A stretch of DNA of 64,000 bases from Macrostomum lignano (taxonomy: Eukaryota), in the NCBI GenBank assembly GCA_002269645.1, contig NIVC01002494.1, positions 62,001-126,000 of the forward strand. The letters run 5' to 3'. Within the stretch, counting starts at the first letter, position 1; every line of letters starts with the position of its first letter. The notes under the pieces were generated by a model. It did not search any database. It was not told where the DNA came from and was given only the letters and a program-made list of their open reading frames with translations. The position numbers were made by a program, and so were the translations under genes. Positions 11,832 to 25,000 of the stretch are shown here, piece after piece.

Positions 11832-13811
11832 ATGAAGGCTCTCAAGCAAAGCAGCAGCTGCAACAGCAACTCAGAGACGGAGCAGCAGCAGGTGTCTCCG
11901 TCAAGAAGCGACGGCGCGTCTTCAGTCGGAGGCGCTCCGCCTCCAGCTCCAGCTTCGGGAACTGAGCCGGAGGCTCCGGTGAAGTTCTGCCACTGGTGCC
12001 ATCAGCGACGCAGCAGCCTGCAGTTCGCCGTGGAGACGGAGAACTCCGGCCAGAAGCGCTTCTGCTCGGAGAAATGCTTCCTGTCCTCTAGGCGCGCCCT
12101 GTTCAAGAGCCAGACCATCTGCGACTGGTGCAAAAAGACCCGGCAGCAGACGGTGAGCGTTGACTATGCCGAAAATGAGCGGCTGCTTTTCTGCGGCGAC
12201 GACTGTGCCCGCTGCTTCAAGAAGAATGTCCGGAAGATCGCCATGCAGGAGATGGCGGAGGCGGCAGCGGCGGCGGCGGCGTCCACGGAGCAGCGCCAGC
12301 CTCCGCCTCCGCCTCCACTGCCGCCGCTGCCTCCGCCGAGGCCGCTAACAGGAGACGACTCTGAGCGCGGCGTTGGCGGCAGCCCGATGGTCGCACTGCG
12401 CTTCCACGGCTTGCTGTCGGGCTCCAACTCTGCTAGCGCGGCAGCCGCAACAGCCGTCAATCGGACGCGCAGAACTGGAGGAGCAGCCGCGGTCTCCGGG
12501 AACTGCCGCAGATCCACCTCCGCTCACTCAAACTCCGAGCCGGAGCAGAACGGCTACGCCAACCATCAGGCCCTGCATCATCACCATAACGCGCTTCACC
12601 ACCAGCAGATGCTGCCTACGCCGCACCCGCCGCCGCACCCGCCGTCGGCAGAGATGCTGCGCCACCTCTGGTTTAGCGCCCTGGTAGCCGGTTCTGGCGG
12701 AGGTGGCGGCGGCGCGAGCGGCGGCCCCGCACCGCTGGACGGTTACTTGATGCCACCGTACCCGCTGAACGGGTGCTTACCGACGGATCCGACGGCCACC
12801 GCGGCAGCGGCCCTGTTGGCGTCACAGCGATTGGCGAATGCGGCAGCTGCAGCGACGGCGGTCTCATCTTCGGCATCATCGGGTTTGGAGCCGCAACCGC
12901 CACCGCCGCAAGCTCCGCTGTTGCCGCCGCCTCCACCGCCGCCGGCGCCGCCTCCCGCGCCACCCCGAGTTCCAACGCAGTCGCAACCGCCAGCTTCGTC
13001 GGCAATGAACTGCTCAATCGATGGCGCCGTTTTCGTACCACGCCTGGCGCCGATCCCAGTGCCGTTCCCGGTACCGATTCCTATCCCGGTGTTCAAGGAA
13101 GCGCCGGAGATTCTGCGGATCCTCAGCGAACACGGCTGGCACCCGGCCGGTAACTGCGGCAAGACGACCAGGATCGATGCAGTGCAGACATCGGGAGCAG
13201 CGACATCGGCGGCAGCGACATCGGCGGCAGCGACATCGGCGGCAGCGACTCCGACATCATGCAGTGCCACCAGCCTGCCGGCTGCGTCTCAGGCGGAAGC
13301 AACCAGGCGCTACTGCCTGGACCTGGACTCTCAGCCAGCCTCAGCGGCGGCTGTCGCCCCTGCCGCAGTCCGGTTCAACAACGCCGACATCGCGTCGCCG
13401 TCGCAGGCGATGGACTTGACGATGCCAAAGCTTGGCACCGGCGAAGCGGCATCGATGATGGCAGCGCACGAGGACGGCTTGAACAGCGACTGTCCGATGA
13501 ACAACAACTCGGCGAGTCCGTCCCCAGCCGAAGACTACCTGATGCGCCGGCGCCGCCAGATCTACGAGCAGCCAACTGGGGCAGCCGGGTGCGGCGGCGC
13601 CCTGCCAGCGGGCAAGATCCAGTCCATTCGTGACAAATACCGGCTGGACCACCAGGCCGCGGTCCGGCAGGCCGCGATTCGCAAGTGCAGCCGGCCGAAG
13701 CAGCCGCAGCAACTACAGGCTCCGCGACAGCAAACACAACAGCAACAGGAGCAGCAGCGCCAGACTGGAACTGCTACGCCTTTGTCGACACCCGTGTCAC
13801 CGACCGCTTGA
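11832..13811 (+). CDS. SOBP: Sine oculis-binding protein homolog (SOBP/Jxc1-like), two FCS zinc fingers plus proline-rich region, intronless, 659 aa
   Basis: FCHWC...FCSEKCFLSSRRALFK then ICDWCK...FCGDDC match the paired FCS fingers of SOBP as I recall them; PIPVPFPVPIPIPV matches the SOBP proline box. Confidence 0.8.
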   Translation: MKALKQSSSCNSNSETEQQQVSPSRSDGASSVGGAPPPAPASGTEPEAPVKFCHWCHQRRSSLQFAVETENSGQKRFCSEKCFLSSRRALFKSQTICDWCKKTRQQTVSVDYAENERLLFCGDDCARCFKKNVRKIAMQEMAEAAAAAAASTEQRQPPPPPPLPPLPPPRPLTGDDSERGVGGSPMVALRFHGLLSGSNSASAAAATAVNRTRRTGGAAAVSGNCRRSTSAHSNSEPEQNGYANHQALHHHHNALHHQQMLPTPHPPPHPPSAEMLRHLWFSALVAGSGGGGGGASGGPAPLDGYLMPPYPLNGCLPTDPTATAAAALLASQRLANAAAAATAVSSSASSGLEPQPPPPQAPLLPPPPPPPAPPPAPPRVPTQSQPPASSAMNCSIDGAVFVPRLAPIPVPFPVPIPIPVFKEAPEILRILSEHGWHPAGNCGKTTRIDAVQTSGAATSAAATSAAATSAAATPTSCSATSLPAASQAEATRRYCLDLDSQPASAAAVAPAAVRFNNADIASPSQAMDLTMPKLGTGEAASMMAAHEDGLNSDCPMNNNSASPSPAEDYLMRRRRQIYEQPTGAAGCGGALPAGKIQSIRDKYRLDHQAAVRQAAIRKCSRPKQPQQLQAPRQQTQQQQEQQRQTGTATPLSTPVSPTA

Positions 13812-14396
13812 GATCGATAAGAAACCACAATTTCTCCCTAAAACTACAACTGATCGTAAACCCTTTTTTGCGTCCTGAATGAGCCCCAATAGGAGTTGCA
13901 GATTATCGCGGCTTTTCCGGCTTTCTCGGTCATTTTTTGTCTGCAATTTTTTCTGTTGCACTGTTGAGCACACTGCAGCGTTCTCCATGTCCGTCTGTGT
14001 AACTCGTGATTGCACTTTTTGGTCCGATATAAGTCTTTGTTTTGCTGTTTGTTTATAGTGTCTGCTTGACGGTCTGCACTTTTTAGGTAGTCCTGTGTAC
14101 ACTGTACAGTGTTCAATCACTCGAGCTTGTCCGTCAATAATTTGAGCTTAGGTCACAAGAACTAACATTTTGATGCCACACATAATATAGTATCTGTATT
14201 TTCCTGTGTAGTATTTTTCCATCGATTCTGAACAATGTATAAAATCCACATGAGATTTTTAAATATCAATACAATGTGGAATACAAAAACACTACTCGTT
14301 TGATCCTCGATTGAAATATTTTTGTGTTCGTAAATTAGTTTTACTGAAGAATCTATTTATAATTGTTTTTTTGCATCAATAACACTTGCACAGAAT

Positions 14397-14955
14397 TCCA
14401 AAACCCCACAGAAGCCAATTATCTCTTACCCCAGCCGCCCAACACTGCAAGGACTGGCTAGTGGCCAATGTACATTAGCAAGCATATAAAATTCTAAAAC
14501 ACCACAGAAGCCAATTACCTCTTACCCCAGCCGCCCAACACCCCAAGGACTGGCTAGTGGCCAATGTACATTAGCAAGCATATAAAATTCTAAAACACAG
14601 CAGAAGCCAATTATCTCTTACCCCAGCCGCCCAACACCCCAAGGACTGGCTAGTGGCCAATGTACATTAGCAAGCATATATAAAATTCTAAAACACCGCA
14701 GAAGCCAATTACCTCTTACCCCAGCCGCCCAACACCCCAAGGACTGGCTAGTGGCCAATGTACATTAGCAAGCATATAAAATTCTAAAACTCCACAGAAG
14801 CCAATTATCTCTTACCCCAGCCGCCCAGCACCCCAAGGACTGGCTAGTGGCCAATGTACATTAGCAAGCATATAAAATTCTAAAACACCGCAGAAGCCAA
14901 TCAATTATACCTCTTACCCCAGCCGCCCAACACCCCAAGGACTGGCTAGTGTACA
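14397..14955. repeat. About 96-bp tandem repeat, about 5.7 copies, downstream of SOBP
   Basis: AAAC..CAGAAGCCAATTA.CTCTTACCCCAGCCGCCC...GTGGCCAATGTACATTAGCAAGC recurs at about 14401, 14497, 14593, 14692, 14788 and 14884. Confidence 0.9.
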
Positions 14956-16079
14956 TTGACCAGTATAGAAAAAAACCTGCGATCTTACTCAACATTGGCA
15001 AATAATTGTACAAGTGCATGTTTTTAAAATAATCTTACATCTCTGCGAAGGTAATTGCTATCTTAATTCCGAACTATTAATTTAATTGGTAGCTACGAGT
15101 ACACAGCTCGCATCCACAAGCTGGCTTTACATAATAGACTGATATTTAACGTCTCCACCATCTTGACTAACAAAAAACAAGCCCTAGGTCGAGCAAAAAG
15201 AAAGAAAGATTCAAGTTTTCATTTAAATGACATCGATAATCAGGCCAAGATTCTATATGCATAAAGGCCGCAGATGAATCGTCGCACACAGACGCACAGG
15301 AAAGTCCTGTGATCAACAGCTGGCTTCCTGAGCGCAAGGCGATAGGGGGGGGGGGGGGGAAGGAGGAAGAGGCGGTAGGGGAAGAGAATAAACTCGCATT
15401 GGAACAGGAAAAAAGGCCGTCTCAAATGTCAAGCAAGAAAAAGAGCCTGGCTGGCAGTCAGTCTGGGCCCCCCTCCATCGGCTCTCTCTCTCTCTCTTTT
15501 CTCTTTTAGTTCCAATCCGCTGGAAACTTGAGAATCCGAGATTCTCGTGTCTCTCTCTCGCTGTCTCGGCCAGTGTATTATGTCAGGCTGGGATATTAGC
15601 TAGCCGGCCGCATTACATGGAATCGAATACCAGCACGTGGAATAGGAGATGATGGCGGGCGTGAGCGCCAGAGATGCGCCTGCTTCAACGGGAAGCTTTC
15701 AATGCGTACATATTTATTTACACGCATGCACTGTGAAGACAACTGTTGCAAAATAATTTACTCCTTGCCAAATTAATGTACATTCATTGCAAGCTGCGTG
15801 TGTAATTAAGCTTGTACAAATTTACATCGATGTAGTTCTCTATAATTTTAGTCAATATTGCAGTTTGCCACAAATCTTGTAAAATTCAAGTCAATTTTGT
15901 CATCCCGGAATGTATATTGATTTACAAAACGCATTGAACTGAAGGGTCGTCAAAACGAGCACTAATCTTATATTGTACAATGGCAAAATGGCATCGTGTA
16001 CACAAGAAATTTCTCTTGTACAATAGCATAATCAAATCCTGTACACAAGGAGTCAATCTTGTACGACTGCATGATCGCA

Positions 16080-16920
16080 TCTTGTACACAAGGAATCCAT
16101 CTTGCACACAAGGAATCCATCTTGTACACAAGGAATCCATCTTGTACACAAGGAATCCATCTTGCACACAAGGAATCCATCTTGTACACAAGGAACCCAT
16201 CTTGCACACAAGGAATCCATCTTGTACACAAGGAACCCATCTTGCACACAAGGAATCCATCTTGTACACAAGGAATCCATCTTGTACACAAGGAACCCAT
16301 CTTGTACACAAGGAACCCATCTTGTACACAAGGAATCCATCTTGCACACAAGGAATCCATCTTGCACACAAGGAATCCATCTTGCACACAAGGAACCCTA
16401 CAAGGAATCCATCTTGTACACAAGGAACCCATCTTGTACACAAGGAATCCATCTTGTACACAAGGAACCCATCTTGTACACAAGGAACCCATCTTGTACA
16501 CAAGGAACCCATCTTGTACACAAGGAACCCATCTTGTACACAAGGAACCCATCTTGCACACAAGGAATCCATCTTGTACACAAGGAATCCATCTTGTACA
16601 CAAGGAACCCATCTTGTACACAAGGAACCCATCTTGCACACAAGGAATCCATCTTGTACACAAGGAATCCATCTTGTACACAAGGAACCCATCTTGTACA
16701 CAAGGAACCCATCTTGCACACAAGGAATCCATCTTGTACACAAGGAATCCATCTTGTACACAAGGAACCCATCTTGTACACAAGGAACCCATCTTGTACA
16801 CAAGGAACCCATCTTGCACACAAGGAACCCATCTTGCACACAAGGAACCCATCTTGCACACAAGGAACCCATCTTGTACACAAGGAACCCATCTTGTACA
16901 CAAGGAACCCATCTTGTACA
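16080..16920. repeat. 20-bp minisatellite CTTG(T/C)ACACAAGGAA(T/C)CCAT, about 42 copies, starting about 90 bp past the OXSM stop
   Basis: Direct reading. Confidence 0.96.
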
Positions 16921-17011
16921 GGAGCAATCAGATTAATACACATTATAAAACCGAGCCAAAAAGCAATGCAAATCAGCGAATGGAAATCCGGTTCAATTGT
17001 CAAATGCACAA

Positions 17012-18775
17012 TCAGGGCAGGTAGCTGGCAATACACAGCGAAGCGTTCACGCCACCGAACCCGAAGCTGTTGCTCAGAGCAACCCGCCGACCGTCCGCTG
17101 GATTAGTCGGCCAATCCGCCGGCGGACCGTCGGGCACCAGACGGAGCGACTCCGACGCTGTCGGCAGGTCGGGCCGCGCCAGATTAGCCGTGGGCGGCAC
17201 GCGGCCAGTCTGGCAGGACAGCGCAGTCAGCGCGGCCTCCACAGCGCCGGCAGCTCCGATCAGGTGGCCGAGGGCGCCTTTGCACGAAGCCACCAGGCAG
17301 CCTGGCTGGATGACGGAGGCGTCAGCGCCGCTCAGCAGCGACTCGATGGCCAGCCATTCGGCGGAGTCGCCAATCGGAGTCGAAGTGGCGTGCGCGTTCA
17401 CGTGGCCAACCTGGAGAGCGAGCGGCCGCTGCCAAGCTGCTGCAAAAAAAAGGTGGAAGCAGACAAGGTGGAAGCAGGATAAGATGGAAGCAGACAAGGT
17501 GGAAGCAGACAAGGTGGAAGCAGGATAAGGTGGAAGCAGACAAGGTGGAAGCAGACAAGGTGGAAGCAGACAAGGTGGAAGCAGACAAGGTGGAAACAGA
17601 CAAGGTGGAAGCAGACAAGGTGGAAGCAGACAAGGTGGAAGCAGACTAAATGGAAGCAGATCAGGTGGAAGCAGACTAAATGGAAGCAGATCAGGTGGAA
17701 ACAGACAAGGTGGAAGCAGACTAAATGGAAGCAGATCAGGTGGAAACAGACAAGGTGGAAGCAGACAAAACGGAAGCAGACTAAATGGAAGCAGATCAGG
17801 TGGAAACAGACAAAATGGAAGCAGACAAAACGGAAGCAGACAAGGTGGAAGCAGACAAAATGGAAGCAGACAAGGTGGAAGCAGACAAAATGGAAGCAGA
17901 CAAGGTGGAAGCAGACAAGGTGGAAGCAGACAAGGTGGAAGCAGACAAGGTGGAAGCAGACAAGGTGGAAGCAGACAAGATGGAAGCAGGATAAGATGGA
18001 AGCAGACAAGGTGGAAGCAGACAAGATGGAAGCAGGATAAGATGGAAGCAGACAAGGTGGAAGCAGACAAAATGGAAGCAGACAAGGTGCAAGCAGACAA
18101 AATGGAAGCAGACAAGGTGCAAGCAGACAAAATGGAAGCAGACAAGGTGGAAGCAGACAAAATGAAAGCAGACAAAATGGAAGCAGACAAGGTGCAAGCA
18201 GACAAAATGGAAGCAGACAAGGTGCAAGCAGACAAAATGGAAGCAGACAAGGTGGAAGCAGACAAAATGGGAGCAAACAAGGTGGAAGCAGATCAGGTGG
18301 AAGCAGATCAGGTGGAAGCAGATCAGGTGGAAGCAGATCAGGTGGAAGCAAGATGGAAGCAGACAAGGCACTAATAACTACCAGAGTGGTTGCCGGCTTC
18401 CCGAAGCGCGGCCAACATGCAGCGCCTGGCGCCGCTGTCGCCGCCCAGCTTCGGCGCCGTCAGATGATGCGCATCGCAGGCGGCGCCGTAGCCAAGGACT
18501 TCAGCGATTGGCGCCGGGGCGCCTCTGGCCAGCGCGGAGTCCAGGGCCTCCAGCACCAGCACGCCGGCGCCCTCCGACATGACGAATCCGCACCGGTCGG
18601 CATCGAAAGGCCGCGAAGCTGCCAGCGGATTGTCGTTGAAGCGAGTAGTCAGGGCGCGGACGCGACTGAAGGCCGCCACCTGAGGGGGATTTGGGTTTAA
18701 TTTAATCGGCTGGTGGGATGGGCAACGCACATAATGGATGCTGAGTTCTTGGCGAGCACGGACAGACAGACAGAC

Positions 18776-18854
<79 letters not shown>

Positions 18855-19514
18855 GGCAGACAGACAGACAGACGGACACAGACACGCACGCACCGCAAGC
18901 GGGCCAATGCAGGCCTCGGTGCCGCCGCACAGGGCCGCATCCACGATTCCGTCGCGCACCAGTCGAAACGCGGCGCCAATAGCGTCGGCGCCGCTGGCGC
19001 ACGCGGAATTCGGCGACAGACAGGGCCCAGTGGCGCCGAACTCGATGGCCACCCGGCCGGCCGGCATGTTGTTGAGCAGCTTGGTGAGGAAGTGCGGCCC
19101 GACCTCCGCGTAGCCGCGTCCGCTGCGCAGCCCGACGCCGGCGTCCACCGCCGTCTCCAGCCCGTCCATGCCGCAGCCGATGGCCACGCCGATCAGCGAG
19201 TCCGGCGAGCGCCGTCGCATCCCGGCCAAATCGGCGCCTTGGGCAGCCTCGCGCGCCGCTGCCAGCGCCAGAGCGGAGGCGCGGGACATCTCGGCACGGT
19301 TTCGCTTGTCAAACTGCCAGCTCGGCCAGCCAGACAGCTCGGCCTCGGGGATCAGGCCGGCCACTCGGCAGGGCAGTCCAGAGTAGCCGTCCGCCTCGGA
19401 CAGACGACCGAAATTTGGCCGGCCGGCAAGCACTTGCGCCCAGACTGTGCGCCAGCCGGCGCCGACTGGGGCGGCCAGCCCGAGGCCGGTGATCACAACT
19501 CGACGGCAGCCGCT
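17012..19514 (-). CDS. OXSM: 3-oxoacyl-ACP synthase, mitochondrial type (KAS II/FabF-like). Exons 19514-18894, 18679-18382, 17439-17012; no ATG at the 5' end
   Basis: RRVVITGLG N-terminus; catalytic Cys in SPNSACASG; His in DAHHLTAP; His in KGALGHLIGAAG; C-terminal SNSFGFGGVNASL. GT-AG introns 18893-18680 (phase 0) and 18381-17440 (phase 1) restore a continuous frame; TGA at 17014-17012. Confidence 0.9.
17448..18370. repeat. 15-bp minisatellite GTGGAAGCAGACAAG filling OXSM intron 2
   Basis: Occupies nearly all of the 942-bp intron. Confidence 0.95.
18768..18890. repeat. (CAGA)n microsatellite in OXSM intron 1
   Basis: Direct reading; starts a few bases inside the donor site. Confidence 0.95.
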
Positions 19515-19559
19515 CTGCAATCGTTTGGGAGCGGTTGGGATTTTGATAGTGGGGAAGAC

Positions 19560-20635
19560 GGGGAGATGGGAGGATGGGGAGAATGGGGAGGTGGGTGAAT
19601 GTGGAGAATGGGAGAATGGAGAGAATGGGGAGATGGGAGAATGCGGAGAATGGGGAGGTGGGTGAATGTGGAGAATGGGAGAATGGAGAGAATGTGGAGA
19701 ATGGGAGAATGGAGAGAATGGGGAGATGGGAGAATGGGGAGAATGGGAAGATGGGAGAATGGGGAGAATGGGAAGATGGGAGAATGGGGAGAATGGGAAG
19801 ATGGGAGAATGGGGAGAATGGGAAGATGGGAGAATGGGGAGAATGGGAAGATGGGAGAATGGGGAGAATGGGAAGATGGGAGAATGGGGAGAATGGGGAG
19901 AATAGAGAGAATGGGGAGAATGGGAAGATGGGAGAATGGGGAGAATGGGAGAATGGGGAGAATGGGAAGATGGGAGAATGGGGAGAATGGGAAGATGGGA
20001 GAATGGGGAGAATGGGAAGATGGGAGAATGGGGAGAATGGGAAGATGGGAGAATGGGGAGAATGGGAGAATAGTGAGAATGGGGAGAATGGGAGAATAGA
20101 GAGAATGGGGAGAATGGGAAGATGGGAGAATGGGGAGAATGGGAAGATGGGAGAATGGGGAGAATGGGAGAATAGTGAGAATGGGGAGAATGGGAGAATA
20201 GAGAGAATGGGGAGATGGGAGCATGGGGAGAATGGGGAGAACGTGGTGGGAGAATATGGAGATGGAAGAATGGGGAGAATGTGGAGGTGGGGAATGGGGA
20301 GAATGTGGAGGTGGGGAATGGGGAGAATGTGGAGGTGGGGAATGGGGAGAATGTGGAGCTGGGAGAATGGGGAGAATGTGGAGCTGGGAGAATGGGGAGA
20401 ATGTGGAGGTGGGGAATGGGGAGAATGTGGAGCTGGGAGAATGGGGAGAATGTGGAGCTGGGAGAATGGGGAGAATGTGGAGGTGGGGAATGGGGAGAAT
20501 GTGGAGCTGGGAGAATGGGGAGAATGTGGAGCTGGGAGAATGGGGAGAATGTGGAGCTGGGAGAATGGGGAGAATGTGGAGATGGGGAATGGGGAGAATG
20601 TGGAGCTGGGAGAATGGGGAGAGTAGGAGAAGAGC
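19560..20635. repeat. Purine-rich (GGAGAATG/GGGAAGAT) degenerate minisatellite immediately upstream of the first OXSM exon
   Basis: Direct reading; many G3/G4 tracts on the + strand. Confidence 0.93.
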
Positions 20636-21149
20636 TAGAATGAAGTTAGTGGTGGTAGCCAGGGAGCAAAACAGTGAGCAGAATATTCTTAGACTGAGCC
20701 AAATTGGCAACTGAAAATCGTGTCAAAAAATAAGTTAAAAGCAAGATTTGATTTGACTTTTTCGAATGCTCAAAAGCCCAGCAAAGAGGGGAAAAGCTTG
20801 AAAACTTTTGCACTTGCAGCTTTTTGCAAAAGTTGAGCAGATTTGACTTCCTTAGGAATTCTAAAAAATTGTTTTTCAGAAAAGGCAGAAAAGCAATAAA
20901 ACTTGTTGCAGAAACTCGCCCGGCAAGTTGGCAGTAACAACAACACCTGCTAATTGCTAAATTGCATTTGCTGAAGCAATTTGCCCACCTGTGTCGAGCA
21001 ATTAGAAGGAAAAAATAATCGGGGGAAATGCGAAAGCAGAAAATTAGCCAAATTATTCGCAGAAGACAAAGCAAAAAAAAAACTAATAATCGACAAGCTA
21101 AATCGACCGAGGAGAAACTCTAACTGACGCAGGGCTTGTTTGTTGGAGG

Positions 21150-22080
21150 GAGAGGCAGATTCTCAAGGACTGAGGGAGCGGAGATGCAGATTCTCAAGGA
21201 CTGATGGAGCGGAGAGGCAGATTCTCAAGCACTGATGAAGCGGAGAGGCAGATTCTCAAGGACTGATGGAGCGGAGAGGCAGATTCTCAAGGAATGATGG
21301 AGCGGAGAGGCAGATTCTCAAGCACTGATGGAGCGGAGAGGCAGATTCTCAAGCACTGATGGAGCGGAGAGGCAGATTCTCAAGGACTGATGGAGCGGGG
21401 AGGCAGATTCTCAAGGACTGATGGAGCGGAGAGGCAGATTCTCAAGCACTGATGGAGCGGAGAGGCAGATTCTCAAGAAATGATGGAGCGGAGAGGCAGA
21501 TTCTCAAGAAATGATGGAGCGGAGAGGCCGATTCTCAAGGACTGATGGAGCGGAGAGGCAGATTCTCAAGGACTGATGGAGCGGAGAGGCAGATTCTCAA
21601 GAAATGATGGAGCGGAGAGGCAGATTCTCAAGAAATGATGGAGCGGAGAGGCAGATTCTCAAGAAATGATGGAGCGGAGAGGCCGATTCTCAAGGACTGA
21701 TGGAGCGGAGAGGCAGATTTTCAAGGACTGATGGAGCGGAGAGGCAGATTCTCAAGGACTGATGGAGCGGAGAGGCAGATTCTCAAGAAATGATGGAGCG
21801 GAGAGGCAGATTCTCAAGAAATTATGGAGCGGAGAGGCAGATTCTCAAGAAATGATGGAGCGGAGAGGCAGATTCTCAAGAAATGATGGAGCGGAGAGGC
21901 AGATTCTCAAGAAATGATGGAGCGGAGAGGCAGATTCTCAAGAAATGATGGAGCGGAGAGGCAGATTCTCAAGAAATGATGGAGCGGAGAGGCAGATTCT
22001 CAAGGACTGATGGAGCGGAGAGGCAGATTTTCAAGGACTGATGGAGCGGAGGCAGATTCTCAGACACTGAGCGGAGACAC
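21150..22080. repeat. 31-bp minisatellite GCAGATTCTCAAG(GAC/CAC/AAA)TGATGGAGCGGAGAG, about 30 copies, abutting the RAD54B stop
   Basis: Direct reading; array edge about 10 bp from the stop codon at 22090. Confidence 0.95.
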
Positions 22081-22089
22081 TGTCCAGCT

Positions 22090-25000
22090 TCAGTCACTCG
22101 CAGCCTCCCAGCCGCCAACCTCGTGCCACATCACGAAGCTGACCGAGTCGCCAGCTGCCATCAAAGTCTGTTCGAAGCCGCCGAAACCTGCAAAGTCGCT
22201 GCCGGAAGCAGCAGCCGCCGCCGCAGACACGTGATGCCAGTCGGACAGCAGAGCCAGACCGCCGCTGCCGACAGGTCCGCCACCGCCGCCGCCGCGCTGT
22301 CGCCGATCAGTCGTTGATTCCAGAAGCGTCGACGCGGTTTCGCTGTCAGCAAAATTGTAGCCCAGCTGACATCGACGAACGACCGCTGCAGGCGGAGGCT
22401 GCTGCGGCGGAGCTACCGAATGTCCATCGTCGCCGCCGCCGCTGCCGCTGCCGAGGCAACGGCAGTTGAGGCAGTCGTGAGCGAGGCAGTCGGTGTCGCC
22501 GACAAAGGTGAACAACTCGGCCAGCTCTTGCCGAGTGAATCGGGGCGTCGACGACTTCTTGGAGCCGTTGGCTCCGCTAATCAAAGCGGACGCGGCGCCA
22601 GAGGCCGAGTCCAGGATGCTCCGGGATAGGCCGAGCTTCTTCACCTGGAGAATGGGTGTGTTTTTTTGCCATGGAGACCGGGTGGAAATAGACCGTTTTG
22701 TGACAGACTACCGACAAAGAGTGACAGACTACTGACAGTGTCAGAATACCTGACAGAGTGACAGACTACTGACAGTGTCAGAATACCCGACAGAGTGACA
22801 GACTACTGACAGTGTCAGGATACCCGACAGAGTGACAGACTACTGACAGTGTCAGGATACTTCTGACAGAAGAGTGACAGACTACTGAGTGTCAGAATAC
22901 CTGACAGAGTGACAGACTACTGACAGTGTCAGGATACCCGACAGAGTGACAGACTACTGACAGTGTCAGAATACCTGACAGAGTGACAGACTACTGTATG
23001 AAAAACTGAGATCAGTGAAGCAGAAAACCAGCCAAAGCAGCGCCTGAGAACCTGTCTGAGAAAGATTCGCTCCTCAATGCTGCCCGCGGTCAGCAGCCTG
23101 TAGACGCTGCACGGCCTCCGCTGCCCCTCCCGCCAGATCCTGGCCGTAGCCTGGGCATCGTTGGCCGGATTCCAGTCGATATCGAATAGAATCAAGTCGC
23201 TGGCACCCGTCAGGTTCAGGCCGACTCCGCCGGCTTTGGTGCTGAGCAGGAGGACCCGGCCGCCGCCGACGCCGATGCAGCGGGTGTCGTTGAACTGATC
23301 GACAAGCCGCTGTCGAGTCGCCGTCGGCGTAGCACCGTCCAGGCGCAGGCTGGCCAAGCCGAGGGCGGCGCACAGGCGGCCCAGCAGGTCCAGCGTCTTC
23401 GTGGAATTCGACGCCAGGACGCAGTTGCGGCCGCGGCCGCGGCAGATGCGCTGCAGCAGCTGGGACGTCACCGACAGCTTGCCGGACGAGGAAGTGGCTA
23501 CGAGATTGTCATCGATCAATTCGTTCAAGCCGCCGTCGGCGTCGAAGTCTAGCGGAAACTCCGACATCAGCTGGCGGGACAAGTCGTCGTAGTTTTCGCT
23601 GTTGCCGCCCCTCCCGCCAGCGGCTTGCTGCTTCTGGCCGATCGTGGGGAATAGCGGGAAAATTATGGATGATTAACAGAACTTGTACAGGTGTTTCTTT
23701 CTAAATTAGTGCCAGATATTGATGGGATGGTTGGGGTGGGGATGGGATCTCTCGAGATGCGGATGGGATCTCTGGGGATGCGGATGGGATCTCTCGGGAT
23801 GCGAATGGGATTTCTCGGGATGAGGATGGGATCTCCTAGGTAAGAATGGGATCTCCTAAGTGAGGATGTGATCTCCTAGGTGAGAATGGGATATTCTAGG
23901 TGACGATGGGATCTTCTAGGTGGGAATGGGATCTTCTAGGTGGGAATGGGATCTTCTAGGTAAGAATGGGATCTCCTAGGTGAGAATGGGATCTCCTAGG
24001 TAAGAATGGGATCTCCTAGGTGAGGATGTGATCTCCTAGGTGAGGATGTGATCTCCTAGGTGAGAATGGGATATTCTAGGTGACGATGGGATCTTCTAGG
24101 TGGGAATGGGATCTTCTAGGTGGGAATGGGATCTTCTAGGTGAGAATGGGATCTCCTAGGTGAGAATGGGATCTCCTAGGTGAGGATGGGATCTACGGGG
24201 GAAGATGGGATCTCTTCATAGTGCCACTGGAACCATCAGTAAAAGCCGGGGAAAAATAGAAAACCTTGACACCAAGCAAAGCGTGCGAAGCCTACTACTT
24301 ACAGCGACCAGATGCGCATGCAGCAAAGCGGGGTCGCTGGCCACCTTGCGCAGCAGCCCGATGAGGCGCAGGTGCTCACCGTCAGCTAGGCGGGCCGTGT
24401 GGCCCAGCTTGTCCGACAGCACCTCGACGGCGGCGGCGCAGCCGCACACGACGTCGAATAGGCGGCGTTGAAGGTCGGACGGCCGGCAGAAGATTACCAG
24501 TTCGCGCTTCGGCGGCAGGCTGCCGGCAGAGTCGATGTCCTCGTGGCATCGGCGCAGCACCATTGGGGCGATGAGGCGGCTCAGTCTGGTGTGGGGTGGT
24601 GTTTGTGGGGCCTGCTGGTGCCTCCATGTCCGAGATTTAAGGGGTCTTAGAATGGGGTTGAGGATGGGGTTGGGGATGGGGTTGAGGATGGGGTTGGGGA
24701 TGCAATGCGTAGGGATAGTTCGGGGACAGGGTTTCTAGAAACTTCCACCGCGGACTTGTTTACGCATAGTTCCAGAAGTTTCCTCTCCCGGTCTTTCTAG
24801 AACTTTCCTTCCCCGCGTGCATAAATATACGAGCCGCCCTCCTATTGGCCAAGCCCTCTTTTGGTGCCACTGAGCGCCCGGATAATTATCTATCTTGTTT
24901 CTGCGTTCGTTAATTCAACAACAGAAGAATGGGGTTGAGGATGGGGCTGACGGGGGTTGAGGATGGGGCTGAGAATGGGGTTGAGGATGGGGTTGAGGAT

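Noticed and set aside
17012-19520. Horizontally acquired bacterial fabF
   Set aside because: Two spliceosomal introns and similarity to mitochondrial OXSM/Cem1-type motifs (EMSRAS, FSRVRAL) are adequately explained by the ordinary nuclear gene; a phylogeny would be needed to claim more.
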